Positions 62,101 through 64,000 of a DNA stretch of 64,000 bases are shown piece by piece. The DNA is from Lama guanicoe (taxonomy: Eukaryota): NCBI GenBank assembly GCA_013239625.1, contig MU054391.1, positions 2,323,130 through 2,387,129 on the forward strand, in the 5' to 3' direction. Under the pieces are notes generated by a model. It did not search any database. It saw only the letters and a program-made list of their open reading frames with translations, and was not told the origin of the DNA. Position numbers and translations under genes: made by a program. Numbering within the stretch: the stretch's first letter is position 1; the number at the start of each line of letters is the position of its first letter.

Positions 62101-64000
62101 GAGCCCTTCTGAAAACCTTCCCTCTCCTTTCTAATTTTAACATTGAAATATTATATTCATATGCTTAATTAACTTACTTTGTGTAACTCCTCTATATGAA
62201 CTTACCTTCAAGGTTAAGATCAAGGATTGTGCCGTGCAAAGAGGGGGCTGTCTGAGCTTGAGCACAACCTCACGGATGGGTGCTCTATCCTAGACACGCG
62301 CAGGATGTGACTCAGACGGACTACTCAGTCTTCAGGGGTTCTTTTCATTTCGTAATTCTTAAAATGAAGACGGTTGGCTTGAAATACATTTCAAGAGTCA
62401 CACGCTGCAGTACACTATCTGAAATCATAGACACATTATGTCTACAGATTTTAGTTATCATTTCGGAGCATACAAAAACCGAAATTGTGAAAAATCTTTA
62501 ATCTTTGGCATCTATTGTGAAATAGGTTATTTTGGATATTAAAATGAATTAAAAATGCAAGTTTCCCCCTGATAGCAACTGTGAGTTTATTTTTAAGCAG
62601 TATTAACTGACAATGCGTTGTGTTCAAAATGGCTTTAGCAGGTGTCCTTATGAAGCAAAAGCTGCGTTGCTGTAAAAAGTGTGTAACAGGAAAAGATTAT
62701 ATTAAAACAATGTATAATAACCTTGAAATATTGACAGAAAAGTGATCCCTGGATAATCATGATTAGATTCTTTTGGTCTCATGGGCAAGGAATAGTATAT
62801 TTTGGGTCATATTTTTCCCCCAAATTTAAGTGAAATGATTTTTTTAATTTGAAGGTTGCAAACTATCGCTAAACAATCAAGGAAAGTGGAGAAGCAGTAA
62901 AGCAAGTAAGACGCACCCCCCACAGGAGGTGAGACTGCTGCTCACGCAGTGATGGGAAGCCTGCATATCTTCCATTTGTTCACTTGTTTCACGGAGAATA
63001 AGATGAATACTCTTTTCCAATCTGACTATCCTTTCATGTTGGGTGGGATGGACAGATACTCATCTGAAGTATAGATTGATGGTCTGAGTTTCCATTGTAG
63101 CCTTATTGCCAGAGAGACACAGCCCACTACGTTCTTAACTCACATGTCTACATGTGGAAGTTTAGCCTACTTTCATTTTATTGGAATTGTAAGCACTGAT
63201 GACTTAGACATATTTGTATATGTAACTTTGTGTAATTTGTCCAACTATTTCCTTGGAATATGGTCTTAGAAATGGATGCTCATTAGAGCTTATTATGACA
63301 ACTAGATTGCCTCCCACGGAGCAGTGACAGGTGAATGGAGGCCCTGAAGCTGTGGGCTTGGGTGCACTTGTCATAGGATGGACACAAGTGCGACTCTTCC
63401 AGTGTAAGAGCTGGGCCTGAGTGCTCACTCTAACTAGTAAGTTTCTGCTTTCTGCTTTGACGGTCCTGGGGCACCAATGCCACTACGGGGAGTAGACTGG
63501 AGCATTAGCCTGGAAGAGGAAGCCAAATTCCACATCACATATTATCTAATTTATCACTGCATTTAACTAATTAATCTACTTGTAAAGTATTTCTATATGC
63601 AAATAACAAAACAGATTAAATACGTGATAATGGTATAAAACAGATTGCTAACGTTTCACAATGTAAATGTCATTCCCTTTCGTTAGAAATAATCGTTACA
63701 TATGTAACTTTGTATCCATGTAGTACATGTAATAATAATCATTATCATGATAATAATACCAATTAATTACAAATTGTTACAGAAAAATACAAACTTTCTC
63801 GCTAAAAAAAAAATAAAACAAAAGAAAAAAAGGACTTCTGATTGTGATTAGAAGAGGTTAAGAGTTTTCAGAATTGTCGTTTCTCCAGCACAGAACTAGA
63901 AAACTGAGAAGACTGAACACACAACTATTTTCAGGCCAAGACACGGGCGATACAGGCCTGTGGCCCTGCAGGGAAGAGCAGTGAGCGAAGTGGCCCCAAC

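Noticed and set aside
1..64000. Prokaryotic or viral-type novel system (operon, defence island, CRISPR, retron)
   Set aside because: No gene-dense organisation. The sequence is dominated by mammalian interspersed repeats and microsatellites.

Overview
This is mammalian nuclear DNA, most likely camelid (camel, llama or alpaca). The evidence is a tRNA-derived SINE with a vic-1-like AAACCTAATT 3' segment, several cetartiodactyl/camelid-type L1 3' ends, and a background of pan-eutherian MIR, L2, MaLR/ERVL and hAT/Tigger repeats. I see no convincing protein-coding gene or RNA gene. The six-frame ORFs look like chance ORFs or fall inside repeats. The only protein-like sequence I recognise is dead transposon material: a Charlie1 hAT transposase C-terminus, ERVL gag and dUTPase pieces, and L1/L2 ORF remnants. 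The window reads as repeat-rich intergenic or deep-intronic DNA with patchy GC/CpG enrichment. I found no novel multi-gene system. The best leads are non-coding: a helically phased POU-octamer/homeodomain cluster at about 6.3-6.5 kb, an orphan CpG island at about 19.8-20.8 kb, AT-to-GC-skewed decay of old transposons, a collapsed ERVL provirus with a MaLR LTR inserted at its LTR end, and a shared + orientation of all recognised LTRs. Repeat family names come from remembered consensus sequences, not a database search. Boundaries are approximate unless target-site duplications (TSDs) or terminal inverted repeats (TIRs) are quoted.
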